NCBI GenBank assembly: GCA_951406725.2
Contig: OX597823.1
Coordinates: 19,964,001 to 20,028,000 of the forward strand
Length of the DNA: 64,000 bases
From: Octopus vulgaris
Taxonomy: Eukaryota
Direction: 5' to 3'
Shown: in pieces, positions 28,585 to 41,668 of the stretch
How positions within the stretch are numbered: position 1 is the stretch's first letter
How the letters are laid out: every line of letters begins with the position of its first letter
The notes under the pieces: generated by a model
Seen by the model: only the letters and a program-made list of their open reading frames with translations
Database searches by the model: none
What the model was told of the DNA's origin: nothing
Position numbers and translations under genes: made by a program

Positions 28585-29180
28585 GATAATTTTTTCTTTA
28601 CCTCAATGATACCGGCGACATATATTAAAAGTCCCCTTATAGAAAACTATATTTATGAAAAAGTATAGAACTATATATTACCATCGTAAAATTTGAGAAA
28701 AAAAACGCTCATAACTTTTTCTTTAAAAACTTCATTGCATAATTTTGATACCATGAAATTTTCGAACTGAGCTCTATAATTTAAGCTTAATTAGTTTGTT
28801 TTTAAAATAAAAAAAAAAGTTGATTATACTTAAATCCAAATTATGCCTTATAATTTTTTCATGATATTTTACCTCAACACTTTTGGACAAATTTTTGTTG
28901 CATGGAACCAGAACTATTAAATTCTTCATGCTTTCTTCTATCATTGAAGAAAATACATTTTGCTTTTGAAATAAAAGAAGTTATTTAGATCTAAACTTGA
29001 TTTGAGGCGTTACTTAATGTCCTATAACGTTGCTATAAATTTTGATGTAAACTTTTTTCTACTGGATCAAACCTCAATTATTTATGCCAAAATAGCTAGG
29101 GACCACTCCTCTTCAAAACTGTTAACAGTTTTCAATTTGGTTAAGAACTGAATTAGCGTCAAACTCTGAAAGATGCTGCG
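28585..29180 (+). repeat. AT-rich dispersed repeat, inverted copy at 39812-40428
   Basis: tacctcaatgataccggcgac vs gtcaccggcgtcattgaggta; aactgaattagcg vs cgctaattcagtt; colinear over about 600 bp. Confidence 0.8.
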
Positions 29181-29260
29181 TGTGATAAAATGACAGCCTT
29201 AAGAATATCACTCAACTACGGTGGTAGTTGAATGATACATTTATACATACAATACACACA

Positions 29261-29338
<78 letters not shown>

Positions 29339-29379
29339 TATGTATATGCATGCATGCGTATGTATGTATTTGTATCTTT

Positions 29380-29565
29380 ATCAGTCGCCATGATAGATCG
29401 CTAGCCACTACACATTCTTTATTTTCTCTCCTTGTTTCTTTCTGTGTTCCTTTCTGTGGAAGAGAGTAGGCTCAAAACGTTAAAGACTTTTTCACTTCCC
29501 ATCTATTTGTTGTCTACACCACCTGTCTTTGTCTTTTGTTTTTTTTTGTGAATTCTCCCTATTAT
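29380..29565 (+). mobile_element. Short repeat with degenerate minimal hammerhead-like motif
   Basis: cttt-CTGTGGA-agag..ctc-AAAA-cg-TT-aaag (29450-29485); core is mutated. Confidence 0.35.
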
Positions 29566-29566
29566 G

Positions 29567-29615
<49 letters not shown>

Positions 29616-29671
29616 GAGTACCTCATTTCTTCTAATATAAAATACCTGTACATCATCTCCAAACCTTCTAA

Positions 29672-29816
<145 letters not shown>

Positions 29817-30803
29817 AAGTGCGTGTGTATGTGTATACATATTTATGCATGCGTACGGGTTTAAGCAGACAAGTACGTACGTCTATATAATAGTGCATAC
29901 TCACACACATGTATGTACATGTGTGCATGCGTGCCTATATAGATATATACTTCTTTCTCTCTGATTCCTCCACCCACATTATCACATTAGCCAGTAGAAT
30001 AAACACTTAAGTCTATTTATAGAAACTTGACCATTCTTAGTATTCTTCCCTTCATTTTGAGGTTCACTACTCACTTTAGAAAGCCCCCTTCTATACCTCT
30101 TTCTGTACCCATCCCTAAGTGCCATTCTAACGTATCACCCCACCTCACACACCTCACACATATCCATTACTTACATTCTTATCTTCCTACCCTTTCCCTA
30201 TTTCTCTCCAACCCCCTCATAATATCTTGACCACCAACTAACATTCCTTTTCATACTTTCTTTCACTCTTTTCTTCTAAATTTTCTCTTCTTGTTTTCAT
30301 TTTCTCTTCCTCTTTCTTTCCTTCTTCTTTTCTGACCTTTTCCTTTGACCTCTCTCTTCATTTTAACATATACATTTCTTCTCTCCTCTCTATCCACTTA
30401 ATACTACCACTACATTCTCAAATTTTCATTCACACCACAAGACTCATTTGAATGAACAGCACATGGAATCTACGTCTCCACACTTTCCATTTATAATGAC
30501 TAAATATGAACTCCTATTGGGATTTACATACCACGGACAAGAAGTATTTCTACCACTTCTACTAACAACTTTCCTTGGATAATGGAACTACAACTATAAC
30601 ATCTTTATATATTTTTATTTTTATTTCTACATTCATTTTCCTATTACCCTATAAACTCCTAATTTCCTTCCTTTTCCAAAATAACTCCTAATATCTCATA
30701 TCCCTAATATCATAGAAACAGCTGTAAGACTAACTTTCTCCTTATAAATGTCCTGAAAATTCCACACAACATTGGCTTTGTTGTCTCATTTTATTTAACA
30801 TAA

Positions 30804-30852
<49 letters not shown>

Positions 30853-30859
30853 TATATAC

Positions 30860-30949
<90 letters not shown>

Positions 30950-31917
30950 CGTAAAAAGTTAGATAAATGGACAAAGTGACAGATTTATTCACTCATGATT
31001 TAACACAACCAATCACGTTTCAGTCTGTATATATATATATCCGTGTAAGTATGCATGCATGCACTTATAGAAATGTGTATGCAATAATGTATATATGAAT
31101 GTACCTTTATATAGGTGAATATTCATATCTACTTATTTACTACATATATATATATTTATATTATGTATGTTAGTTCGTTACATGACTAGTGTGAAAATAC
31201 CCCGAACGTACGTCAAATTAGCGACGTGAGGAAGTTGAGTGCAGCCAACTGGTTTTGTAATTGCTGTCAGGGCGTTGCATGGGGGTAGCTGGGAAACCTG
31301 CCAACAATTGATTGAATAAAGATTTTAGCACACATGCACACACACACACATTATATACATATACGACGTACTTCTTTCAGTTTCTGTCAAGCAAATCCAG
31401 TCACAAGGCTTTGGTTGGTCTGAGGCTATAGTAGATGACCTATGCCCAAGGTACCACACTGTAGGACTGAACCCAAAACCATGTGGTTTGGGAAGCGAGT
31501 GTCTTACCATACAGCCACGCCTGCGCCTATATCAATATCTATAAAGCTGAAATGCGAAAAAGTTGTTTGATTTCTTGGTTATTTGTCTCATTTTGGGATA
31601 GAAACGGTTTAAAGGTCGGATTGGCGCCAGAATTTACACTGGGGTAAAATGGGGTGGGCAATGGTTTGAGGAGGGCTGCAAGTCGCTCGGGGCTACCGTT
31701 TGGTTGCCATGGTGAGGAATATGGGAAAAATTGAGTTTTATGGGATAGGCACAGGAGTGGCTGTGTGGTAAGTAGCTTGCTAACCAACCACATGGTTCCG
31801 GGTTCAGTCCCACTGCGTGGCATCTTGGGCAAGTGTCTTCTGCTATAGCACCGGGCAAATCAATGCCTTGTGAGTGGATTTGGTAGACGGAAACTGAAAG
31901 AGGCCTGTCGTATATAC

Positions 31918-31956
<39 letters not shown>

Positions 31957-32033
31957 GTGAAGGGAAGAAATGGTGCCATTTATATTTAGTGGCCTGTCGT
32001 ATATATGTATATATATATATATATGGCCTGTCG

Positions 32034-32099
<66 letters not shown>

Positions 32100-32103
<4 letters not shown>

Positions 32104-32499
32104 GTGAAGGGAAGAAACCGAGGTGCCATTTTTACCATGGGCTCCTAGGGAGCGTTTTGTTCGAAAAGCTTGCTGCGCATTTGTTTTGAGATTTTAAATT
32201 CCTGGATTTTCCTGAAGAGAAAGCTGCAGAATGGTCTCCTTATTCAATCCGAATTTGGGAATTTGCAGCCTTTGAAACATGTGTAGAAAATAATAAAAAG
32301 TAATTTTGTAGAATCTTCGTTCGGCTCCATTTCTTCCCTTCACTAAATATATAAAACTTCAATTATCCGCGCTAAAGCACGGGGGCGAAACCCCATGGTC
32401 GTAACCTCAACCGTGTCTTTTCTGGTGTGATTTTTGCTACACAGGTATCGGTTAAATTTTGAATAATCCGTAACAAGATAATTCATTTATCCATTTCAT

Positions 32500-32503
<4 letters not shown>
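32100..32503 (+). mobile_element. Hammerhead-bearing element nested in the internal (TA)n of a family-B SINE
   Basis: Starts with ttagtgaagggaagaaa, the reverse complement of 32329-32346. SINE halves lie at 31748-31915 and 32610-32826. Confidence 0.6.
32206..32291 (+). ncRNA. Type I hammerhead ribozyme motif
   Basis: attttc-CTGAAGA-gaaagctgcaga...tttgcagccttt-GAAA-catgtg-TA-gaaaat. Confidence 0.75.
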
Positions 32504-32598
<95 letters not shown>

Positions 32599-32829
32599 GT
32601 GTGTATGTGCTTGTGTGTCTGTGTTTGTCCCCCTAGCATTGCTTGACAACCGATGTTGGTGTGTTTACGTCCCCGTCACTTAGCAGTTCGGCAAAAGAAA
32701 CCGATAGAATAAGTACTGGGCTTACAAAGAATAAGTCCTGGGGTCGATTTGCTCGGCTAAAGGCAGTGCTCCTGCATGGCCGCAGTCAAATGACTGAAAC
32801 AAGTAAAAGAGAAAGGGTAAAAGAGAAAG

Positions 32830-33051
32830 ACAGGTTGCGCTGTTTGAATAGCGGTGGCTTTTCGTGTTGCTGCAGGGACTAGAGGCGATTATCTTTAATT
32901 GCGGGTGTAAACATTTGGGGGATTTTGGAAAGGAAGGGGAGTAAAATTTTTCAACTTTTAAAAAGAGTAAATTTTTGCCCTATTTTTTTAGATTTGGACA
33001 AAACAACATCACCACCAAAACCCTAGCGAAGCACGGGTCAAAATAGCTAGT
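32830..33051 (+). mobile_element. Helitron-like 3' end fragment
   Basis: ccctagcgaagcacggg hairpin about 9 nt before terminal CTAG|T. Confidence 0.45.
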
Positions 33052-33320
33052 CATTAACATAATACAATAAAGGGTTTCCTGATGATCCGCTGCGGCTGAA
33101 CAACCAAATGCATTTGAACATATATCGCAGGTTTCCAAACAACCACAGTGGTGAAAGGCACGTAGGAACCTAAAAGTAAACGGGTGGCTATGCATATTTT
33201 TCGTATATTTGCTCTGTAGCTCATAACTAGTAATACTACCCAATATAGCCTAATTTCTCAAGACCGTTACTTAGGTGATATCCCAGGGTCCAATAATTAC
33301 AGGTATGAACCTGAACTTTT

Positions 33321-33412
33321 AATGTTTGTATGTATGTATGTATGTATGTATGTATGTATGTATGTATGTACGTACGTATGTATGTACGTATGTATGTATG
33401 TATGTATGTATG

Positions 33413-33444
<32 letters not shown>

Positions 33445-33823
33445 CATGTATGTACGTATGTATGTATGTATGTATGTATGTATGTACGTACGTATGTATG
33501 TATGTATGTATGTATGTATGTATGTATGTATGTATGTACGTACGTACGTATGTATGTATGTATGTATGTATGAATGTATGTATGTATGTATGTCATTATT
33601 CAGTTTATTTCAAAATGTCTTGCCAATAGAGAAAGAACCGGTTTCTAACCTAGATCCAAGGCTCCTTGATTAAAATTTCAACATCAACAACAGGGCATGT
33701 ATGTATGTATGTATGTATGTATGTATGTATGTATGTATGTATGTATGTATGTATGTATGTATGTACGTACGTATGTATGTACGTATGTATGTATGTATGT
33801 ATGTATGTATGTATGTATGTATG

Positions 33824-33857
<34 letters not shown>

Positions 33858-34096
33858 TGTATGTATGTATGTATGTATGTATGTATGTATGTATGTATGT
33901 ATGTATGTACGTACGTATGTATGTATGTATGTATGTATGTATGTATGTATGTATGTATGTATGTATGTATGTATGAATGTATGTATGTATGTATGTCATT
34001 ATTCAGTTTATTTCAAAATGTCTTGCCAATAGAGAAAGAACCGGTTTCTAACCTAGATCCAAGGCTCCTTCATTAAAATTTCAACATCAACAACAG
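33321..34096. repeat. Tandem duplication of (ATGT)n plus ~100-bp unique segment
   Basis: 33593-33693 and 33996-34096 are almost identical; the SSR interruption pattern is also partly shared. Confidence 0.88.
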
Positions 34097-34414
34097 ACTT
34101 ATTCTTTATAAGCTTAGTACTTATTCTATTGTTCTCTTTTGCCAAGTCGCTAAGTTACGGGGCACACAACAACGCCGGTTGTCAAGCGACGGTAGGGGAC
34201 AAACATAGACACAAAGATACGCACACACACAGAAGTAAGAAAGAGAAAGAGGGAGAGGGAGAGAAAGATTGATAAATGGATAGAGAGAGAGATAGAAAGA
34301 GCGAGAGAGTGGAGAGAACAGATATGGAATGAACATCGCTCTCTAGTGACTATGCTACCACCCCCATATATACATACATACATGCACACATACATACATA
34401 CATACATACATACA

Positions 34415-34469
<55 letters not shown>

Positions 34470-34475
<6 letters not shown>

Positions 34476-34855
34476 TAATAAATAAATAAAACATATGCAT
34501 ATATACATACATATATGTACGTACCTACCTCTACATGTATATATACATGCATATATGGGTATAGGACACCAAAAATACGTCGAACACAATGAGAAACGAA
34601 AACATAAACACAAAACCAAGGAAATGGACATTTTTCTTAAACAGCGAAACAAAATAGAGTACAGGACATACAAAACAAGGAAAAGTCCCCTTCTTCAGTC
34701 GCCTTTGTTTCATCTACTCCACGTTTCGAAGGTCAAGGTGATACATGACTTTAATGAAACAATCCTTCCCGTGAAAATCAAATTAAATAAAATTTGAAAT
34801 TTTTTTGTGGAGGGGTAAAAATGGTAACAAAAACAGGACAGTAACGACAGTACAA

Positions 34856-34860
<5 letters not shown>
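34470..34860 (-). repeat. Dispersed repeat, copy of 470-860
   Basis: Colinear match over about 390 bp. Confidence 0.8.
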
Positions 34861-34907
<47 letters not shown>

Positions 34908-35360
34908 TTATATTTTTTATTTGTTTCTGTCATTTGACTGTAGCCATGCTGGAGCACCGTCTTGCTGGGAAGAAATCTACCCCAGAACTTTGTAAGCGTG
35001 GTACTTATTTTATCGGTCTCTTTTACCGAGCCGCTAGGTTATAGGGACGTAAACACACCTACATCGGTTACCAAGCGATGGTGCGGGAGACAAACACAGA
35101 CACAAAGACGCACTCGTAAATACACACACAAATGCACACGCCCCCCCACACACATACAGAGTCTTCGAAGACTCATATATTGTCGTTGATTGCTCGAAAT
35201 GGATAGTAGATAGACAGCCGACAACTGCTGTGGAGTCGATCTTTGTATTTTTGTATTACTTGTCCTGTTTTCCCTTTTTTTCTCTCGTTATTTGCGTATT
35301 TAACTAATTTGTTTTTGTATTTCATGTTGTTTACTGTTCCTGAAGTCCTGTACCCATATA

Positions 35361-35401
<41 letters not shown>

Positions 35402-35446
35402 AAATAAGTCAAAATTGAAAATGCTAAAATAATTTTATAAAGAACA

Positions 35447-35490
35447 TTTCAGTACCGGTTTCAGTCATTTTGAGACCTTTTCAACTGTAA
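35447..35490 (-). ncRNA. Second copy of the U3-A8 minimal hammerhead motif
   Basis: Reverse complement: ttacag-TTGAAAA-ggtc-tcaaaat-gact-GAAA-ccgg-TA-ctgaaa. Confidence 0.65.
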
Positions 35491-35527
35491 CGATTAAATA
35501 ATTAAATTTAGAAAGTTCTGTCTCTTA

Positions 35528-35575
<48 letters not shown>

Positions 35576-35577
<2 letters not shown>

Positions 35578-36150
35578 TTTAAGAGACAGAATCACCCCAA
35601 GCAACTCAATCATCATTGAATGACATTATCCGCGATAGGTACATATAGGTACTAAATATTGGATTATACAATTGCCGGTAGCCATGTTCAATTCATGAAG
35701 AGAAAATTACCATACAGATAAATTAACATTTCTTTTTTCTACTTTCCATATTTCTTATCATTATTTACTAAAGTAAAATTATTCCAACAACTTCTAGTTA
35801 TATAATTTTAGTTTGTCATGTCTTTATATAGGATGTAAATAGCAAAATAAGTTCATATAAGGTAGATCTGAAGATTGGCAATATAATTGTTTTAATATGG
35901 TATTGTATTTAGAGACATTCTATTTCAGCAATATTGAGGAATATGTTGTCATGAAACGCGCGTAGTCTATATAATGTAAAGTATATGATTTGAAATAAGA
36001 ATTGAAGGTATTAATTTTGATAATTTGGAATAAGAATTGTAGGTAGTAATTTTGATAATTTTAATAATTAGTCCTATATGTACATTTTGTGGATAATGTC
36101 ATTCAATGATGATCGAGTTGCGTGAGGAAGATTCTGTCTCTTAAAACTAT
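35576..36150 (+). mobile_element. Non-autonomous hammerhead-bearing element with inverted termini, flanked by (TA)n
   Basis: 35578-35662 is an imperfect reverse complement of 36065-36148; internal hammerhead at 35863. Confidence 0.65.
35863..35969 (+). ncRNA. Type I hammerhead ribozyme motif (long stem II, palindromic stem III)
   Basis: tagat-CTGAAGA-t-tggcaatata...tatgttgtca-t-GAAA-cgcgcg-TA-gtcta. Stems I and II pair; cleavage triplet GUA. Confidence 0.75.
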
Positions 36151-37127
36151 CTATATATAGGTCTATAATACACTGAGTAATTCATTTTAGTACCACTAAA
36201 TTGAACTTCTCTCCCCTGTGGACTCGGAAATAACTTCCCTAATATTAATATTAATTATATATATAATTAATAGATGGCTAGATAGATAGATATCCCCTCT
36301 TTCATTTTCTTTCAGGCTATGCATTGTTGTATTGTTGATAAGCTTCTAAAGCATTCCCATGCAACGACATAATACGCATGGTTGCACTTAACTTCCTACT
36401 ATGGACGATTTTGCACACTTCGTATATATGTCTCTTTATGTATGTATGTATGTATGTATGTATGTATGTATGTATGTATGTATGTATGTATGTATGCATG
36501 CATGCATGTATGCATGCATGTATGTATGTATGTATGTATGTATATGTGTGTGTATGTGTATGCGTGAGAGCGTACATATACATACATTTATATTCTTTAA
36601 TTCTTTTCGTTATTTCAGTCATTTGATTGCAGCCATGCTGGAGCACTGTCTTTAGGAGAACAAAATTTAGAATGCTTGATTCTCTCAATCTCGATACCTT
36701 ATGACAAAGGCAAGGAATTCTGTCTTCTCTGTAATTCTGAACTACTTTTCATTATTTTTTCTAAAAATCCCCGAGTAAACACGGTTATAGAGCGTGCATA
36801 CCGATGTAAACATTGGCAAAAACACACCTTTAGTTCATATAAGTAATGTCTATCATATATGATTTAAGCATTAATTTTCTTTTTATATTTCACATTCACT
36901 AAAAAATATATTTTTTCCTTGTTTATAAGATTTTATTTAATATACATATAGTCATATACTTCTCATTTATTTAACCTTTCCTTAATTTATCCCTCCTCTT
37001 TCTATAGGCTACTTCTGACGTTATATATATAACGTTTTTTCAAACAATATTAATAGCGTTCAGTAAATCACTATACATATCCATCATTTTCTGTTAAAAT
37101 ATCTTATTGACGAGTTTCATTTCTTCA

Positions 37128-37417
37128 CATCCCTGAAGAGAAAATTACATTGTTTTACACCATTTTATTCCTTTGGAATAATATCAGTGATAACTTCGAA
37201 ACATGTGTCGTAAGTAAATGTATTTGAATTACACCTGCGTTGAGCTCCATTTATTTATTTATATATTATACAAAAAAAAAAAATTTCACGTAAACCCGAA
37301 GTTTCAACCTTTAAAAACAAGGAGTTACAAACTCTTTACTTGTGTGATTTTTTGCTACCCTGGTAACTATTTATCTATCTTTTCCGCGTTAATTGTTAAC
37401 AAGGGTAAAATACACAC

Positions 37418-37420
<3 letters not shown>
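37128..37420 (+). mobile_element. Penelope-like terminal repeat with degenerate hammerhead
   Basis: CTGAAGA(37133)...GAAA-catgtg-TC(37209); stem I is lost. Downstream sequence is homologous to 25080-25190 (reverse) and partly to 32320-32450. Confidence 0.5.
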
Positions 37421-37499
<79 letters not shown>

Positions 37500-37530
37500 T
37501 TCTATCTATCTATCTATTTATTTATTTATT

Positions 37531-37583
<53 letters not shown>

Positions 37584-37774
37584 CTGTACAATTTCCGATT
37601 TTAAAGCGACAATTTTAAGATATAAACAAATGACCGAAAAATGATGAGCTAACATGAACTCTTAAAGAGACAGGCGTGAATAACTCCCGTATAAACTGAA
37701 GCATCATAGCTTAAGCCCGCAAATGAAAGGGACGGGACAGTAAATGTGAAGTTTGTATCACATAAAAATAATAT

Positions 37775-38272
37775 AATCTTTTCTACTCTTGGCACAAAGC
37801 CTGAAATTTTTTGGGAGTTGGGGGCAGTCGATTACATCGACACCAGTACGCAACTGGTACTAAATTTATCGACCCCGAAAGGATGAAAGGCAAAGTCGAT
37901 CTCGGCGGAATTTGGACTCAGAACATAAAGACAGACGAAATACCTATTTCTTTACTACCCACAAGGGGCTAAACACAGAAGGGACAAACAAGGACAGACA
38001 AACGGATTAAGTCGATTATATCGACCCCAGTGCGTAACTGGTACTTATTTAATCGACCCCGAAAGGATGAAAGGCAAAGTCGACCTCGGCGGAATTTGAA
38101 CACAGAACGTAGCGGTAGACGAAATACCACTAAGCACTTCACCCGGTCTGCTAACGTTTCTGCCAGCTCGCCGCCCTAGAAAAATAATATATTCTTTTCT
38201 AATCTAGGCACAAGGCCTGAAATTCTTGGGAAGGGGGTCAATCGATGAGATCGACCCCAGTACATACTGGAA
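37775..38272 (-). mobile_element. SINE family A dimer plus adjacent 3' fragment
   Basis: Head at ~38130-38177. Terminal unit carries the alternative tail (gtgccaagagtagaaaaga). Confidence 0.88.
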
Positions 38273-38521
38273 ATTTCAAGCACGATCCCTCACTCAACTT
38301 GCCAGTCATCGAATAAATTTTGGATATCTGTTATAGGAAGAATATTCGTCATAGAACTCATTATGCATTTTCCAAATACACTAACTCTCATTCATAGAAC
38401 ATATTTAAAGCATAACATCATCCCCTGAAATGCGCTCATTTATTTTTTATGAACTCGGTCAAAGTTTGGCGCCCAAAATCTTTGAAACTCCTAGGTAACA
38501 TGTACACGGTCAAATATCAAA

Positions 38522-38566
<45 letters not shown>

Positions 38567-38681
38567 CGTGATCCCCGTGACCGACTAGACTATCAGATGT
38601 TGCTACATATCGCTGGTCACAATGCACTTCGCATTGCTTTAACCTTCATATGATGCCACCCCACTGGCTAAGCGAGCAGGC

Positions 38682-38741
<60 letters not shown>

Positions 38742-38834
38742 GTATGTATTATGTATATATATGTATATATATATTTAAAAAAAATTTTATCTAGTTTCAG
38801 CTCACAAGCTGTGGCCATGCTGGGGCACCGCCAT

Positions 38835-38893
<59 letters not shown>

Positions 38894-39008
38894 ATTTGTA
38901 AGCATTCCCATACAAAACGTATTTTGAATCATAATACACACACATACACACAAACACATACACACACATGCACGCCTATATATATATATATAATAGTTAG
39001 ATAAATGG

Positions 39009-39039
<31 letters not shown>

Positions 39040-40476
39040 AAGAGAGAGAGAGAAAGGGAGAGAGAGATAGCCAGAGAAAAGAAAGAGATAGTGCGGTGTT
39101 TGCCATGATGTACTTTACAGAACTTTCTACAGTAGCGTATAACAATGCAACACGTGTAGAGACACCTCTTATGATTTAAAAACCTGACCCATTCAATAAA
39201 TTCAATAAATGGGCGGATCTCACCAATTAAATTTTAACGCTTCAGGTACGTTGTTTAACGCTTGATCATGTTACCCTAGTTGCAAAAACCGGCCATAATT
39301 ATTTACAATTGAATTTTTATACCATCTTTAAAAATAAACATATCAGAATAGTTTGTTGACGACTCATAATTCTGTCAGTTAAACAATTTTCGTTGAATTT
39401 TGCACTTAAAGTGTTAACGAAAATAATTAAACTGTTAAAACTGTTAAACTGTTAAAATTAATTAAACTGTTAAATTGATTTAACAGTTTAAATTAATTAA
39501 ACTGTTAAAACTGTTAAACTGTTAAAATTAATTAAGCTGTTAAAATAAGGAAAAAGTGAAGCATATATGATAAAACGCAGAAAATGTCAAGCAAAAGCAG
39601 ATATTAAGAGATATTTCTTTCTACTATAGGCAAAAGGTCTGACATTTTGGCGGAGGGGTTAAGCCGATTTCATCGATCCCAGTACTCAATCATACACACA
39701 CACATATACAAATACATATCATGCGTGTGCGCGCGCACGTATTACATATACATATATCATTCAACTACAGTAGTAGTTGAAAAATATTCTTAAGTCTGCA
39801 ATTTACTCTCATAGAGTATCTTCCAGAGCTTGTCGCTAATTCAGTTATTGACCAAATTAAAAACTGTTAACATTTTTGAAGAGGACCGGTCGCAAGCTAT
39901 ATTTTTGGCATAAAACATTGAGATTTGATCCAGTAGGAAAAAGTTTACATCAAACTTTCTGGCAACGTTAGAGGAGAGTAAGTAACGCCAGCAATGAATT
40001 TTAGATCTAAATAACTTTTTTTCTTATTTTAAAAGCAAAATATATTTATCTTATCTTCAATGATAGAAGAAAGCATGAGGAATTTCATAGTTTTGGTCCC
40101 ATGCAACAAAAATTTGTATCACAAAAGTTGTGAGGTAAAATATGATAAATATATACGTAAGGCAAAATATTTGCTTTAAGTATAATTAACTTTTTTTTAT
40201 TTTAAAAACAAACTACGTTTTAATTAAGCATAAATGATAGATCTCAATTCGAGGAATTCCATGGTATCAATCTCATGCAATGAAGTTTTAAAAGAAAAAA
40301 AGTTATGAGTGTTTGTTTCTCAAATTTGAGGGTGATAATAAAGTTCTATACTTTTTTATGAATATAGTTCTATAAGGGACTCTTAATATACGTCACCGGC
40401 GTCATTGAGGTAAGGAAAAAAATTATCAGCGACACCGCTAATTTAACACATTATTAATTAGCATAATAGCATAGCC

Positions 40477-41334
40477 TGGAAAAATGCGAGCAAGCGAAAT
40501 AATATTCTTAAGATTATAAACCTGGAAAATTACAGGACAAATTATTACACTTGGAAAAGTCCAGGACAGCTTATAACATCTGGTAAAGAACAGAACAAGA
40601 AAAATTTTACTTACAATATTGAAGATAAGGATAAAATTTAAAAATTTAAAATTATTTGATTTTAATTTACTAAGTAACATTATAATTAGAAGAGGTACCA
40701 TCATTTTGTTAAAATATTGACACACTAGAATACTTAAAAATGAGAGCCAGAAGTACAATTAGAGCTGAAGTTTTATGCAAAGTAGAATAGTATATATGGT
40801 AGGCAATTTCATTATGTAAAAAATAGGCATTGGGTCAAGACTAAAAATGTGAAGACTTGGCAATAACTCTAGCAAATTTTACTGTGAGTTTGTTGTTATA
40901 GGTAGATTTTACTGTAATATATAACTAATTTTTGTATTATTCTATTTATTGTACTAATTATGTACTACTATTATTTTTTATAACCTATTTTCAAATTTTT
41001 AATTATTAAGTAATAATTTAAAAAATAATATGTTTAAAGTGCAAAAATATTTAAAGTTATTTGTTATTGTTAATAAAAGTTACAAATAATAACAAGTACA
41101 AGAAATAGTTTGTAATAAAATTTTTAGTTTTAATAAAAACTAATATTTTCTAAATCTAAATATTTTATTTGAAATTTTATCCTTAGCTGCAATATTTCAT
41201 GTAAAAAATTTCTTGTTCTGTACTTTACCAGATGTTATAAGTTGTCCTTGACTTTTCCAAATGTAATAACTTATCCTGTAATTTTCCAGGTTTATAATCT
41301 TAAGAATATCATTTCTCTTGCTCGCATTTTTCCA
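40477..41334. mobile_element. AT-rich element with ~175-bp inverted termini
   Basis: 40477-40655 is an imperfect reverse complement of 41160-41334. Confidence 0.75.
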
Positions 41335-41355
41335 TGTAATATATATATATATTTT

Positions 41356-41390
<35 letters not shown>

Positions 41391-41407
41391 TATATATATA
41401 TAGATAT

Positions 41408-41572
41408 ATACGACGGGCTTCTTTCAGTTTCCGTCTACCAAATCCACTCACGAGGCTTTGGTCGGCCCGAGGCTATAGTAGAAGACACTTGCCCAAGGTG
41501 CCACGCAGTGGGAATGAGCCCGGAACCATGTGGTTGGTAAGCAAGCTACTTACCACACAGCCACTCCTGCGC
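41408..41572 (-). mobile_element. SINE family B 5' half (other partial copies at 20973-21080, 26388-26478, 34096-34230, 34915-35110)
   Basis: Match to the family B head and core. Confidence 0.85.
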
Positions 41573-41590
41573 TTATATTATATATATATG

Positions 41591-41662
<72 letters not shown>

Positions 41663-41668
<6 letters not shown>

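Larger units (their letters stand above)
31748..32826 (+). mobile_element. SINE family B split by a nested insertion
   Basis: 5' half 31748-31915, 3' half 32610-32826. An opposite-strand 5' half lies at 31360-31528. Confidence 0.85.
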
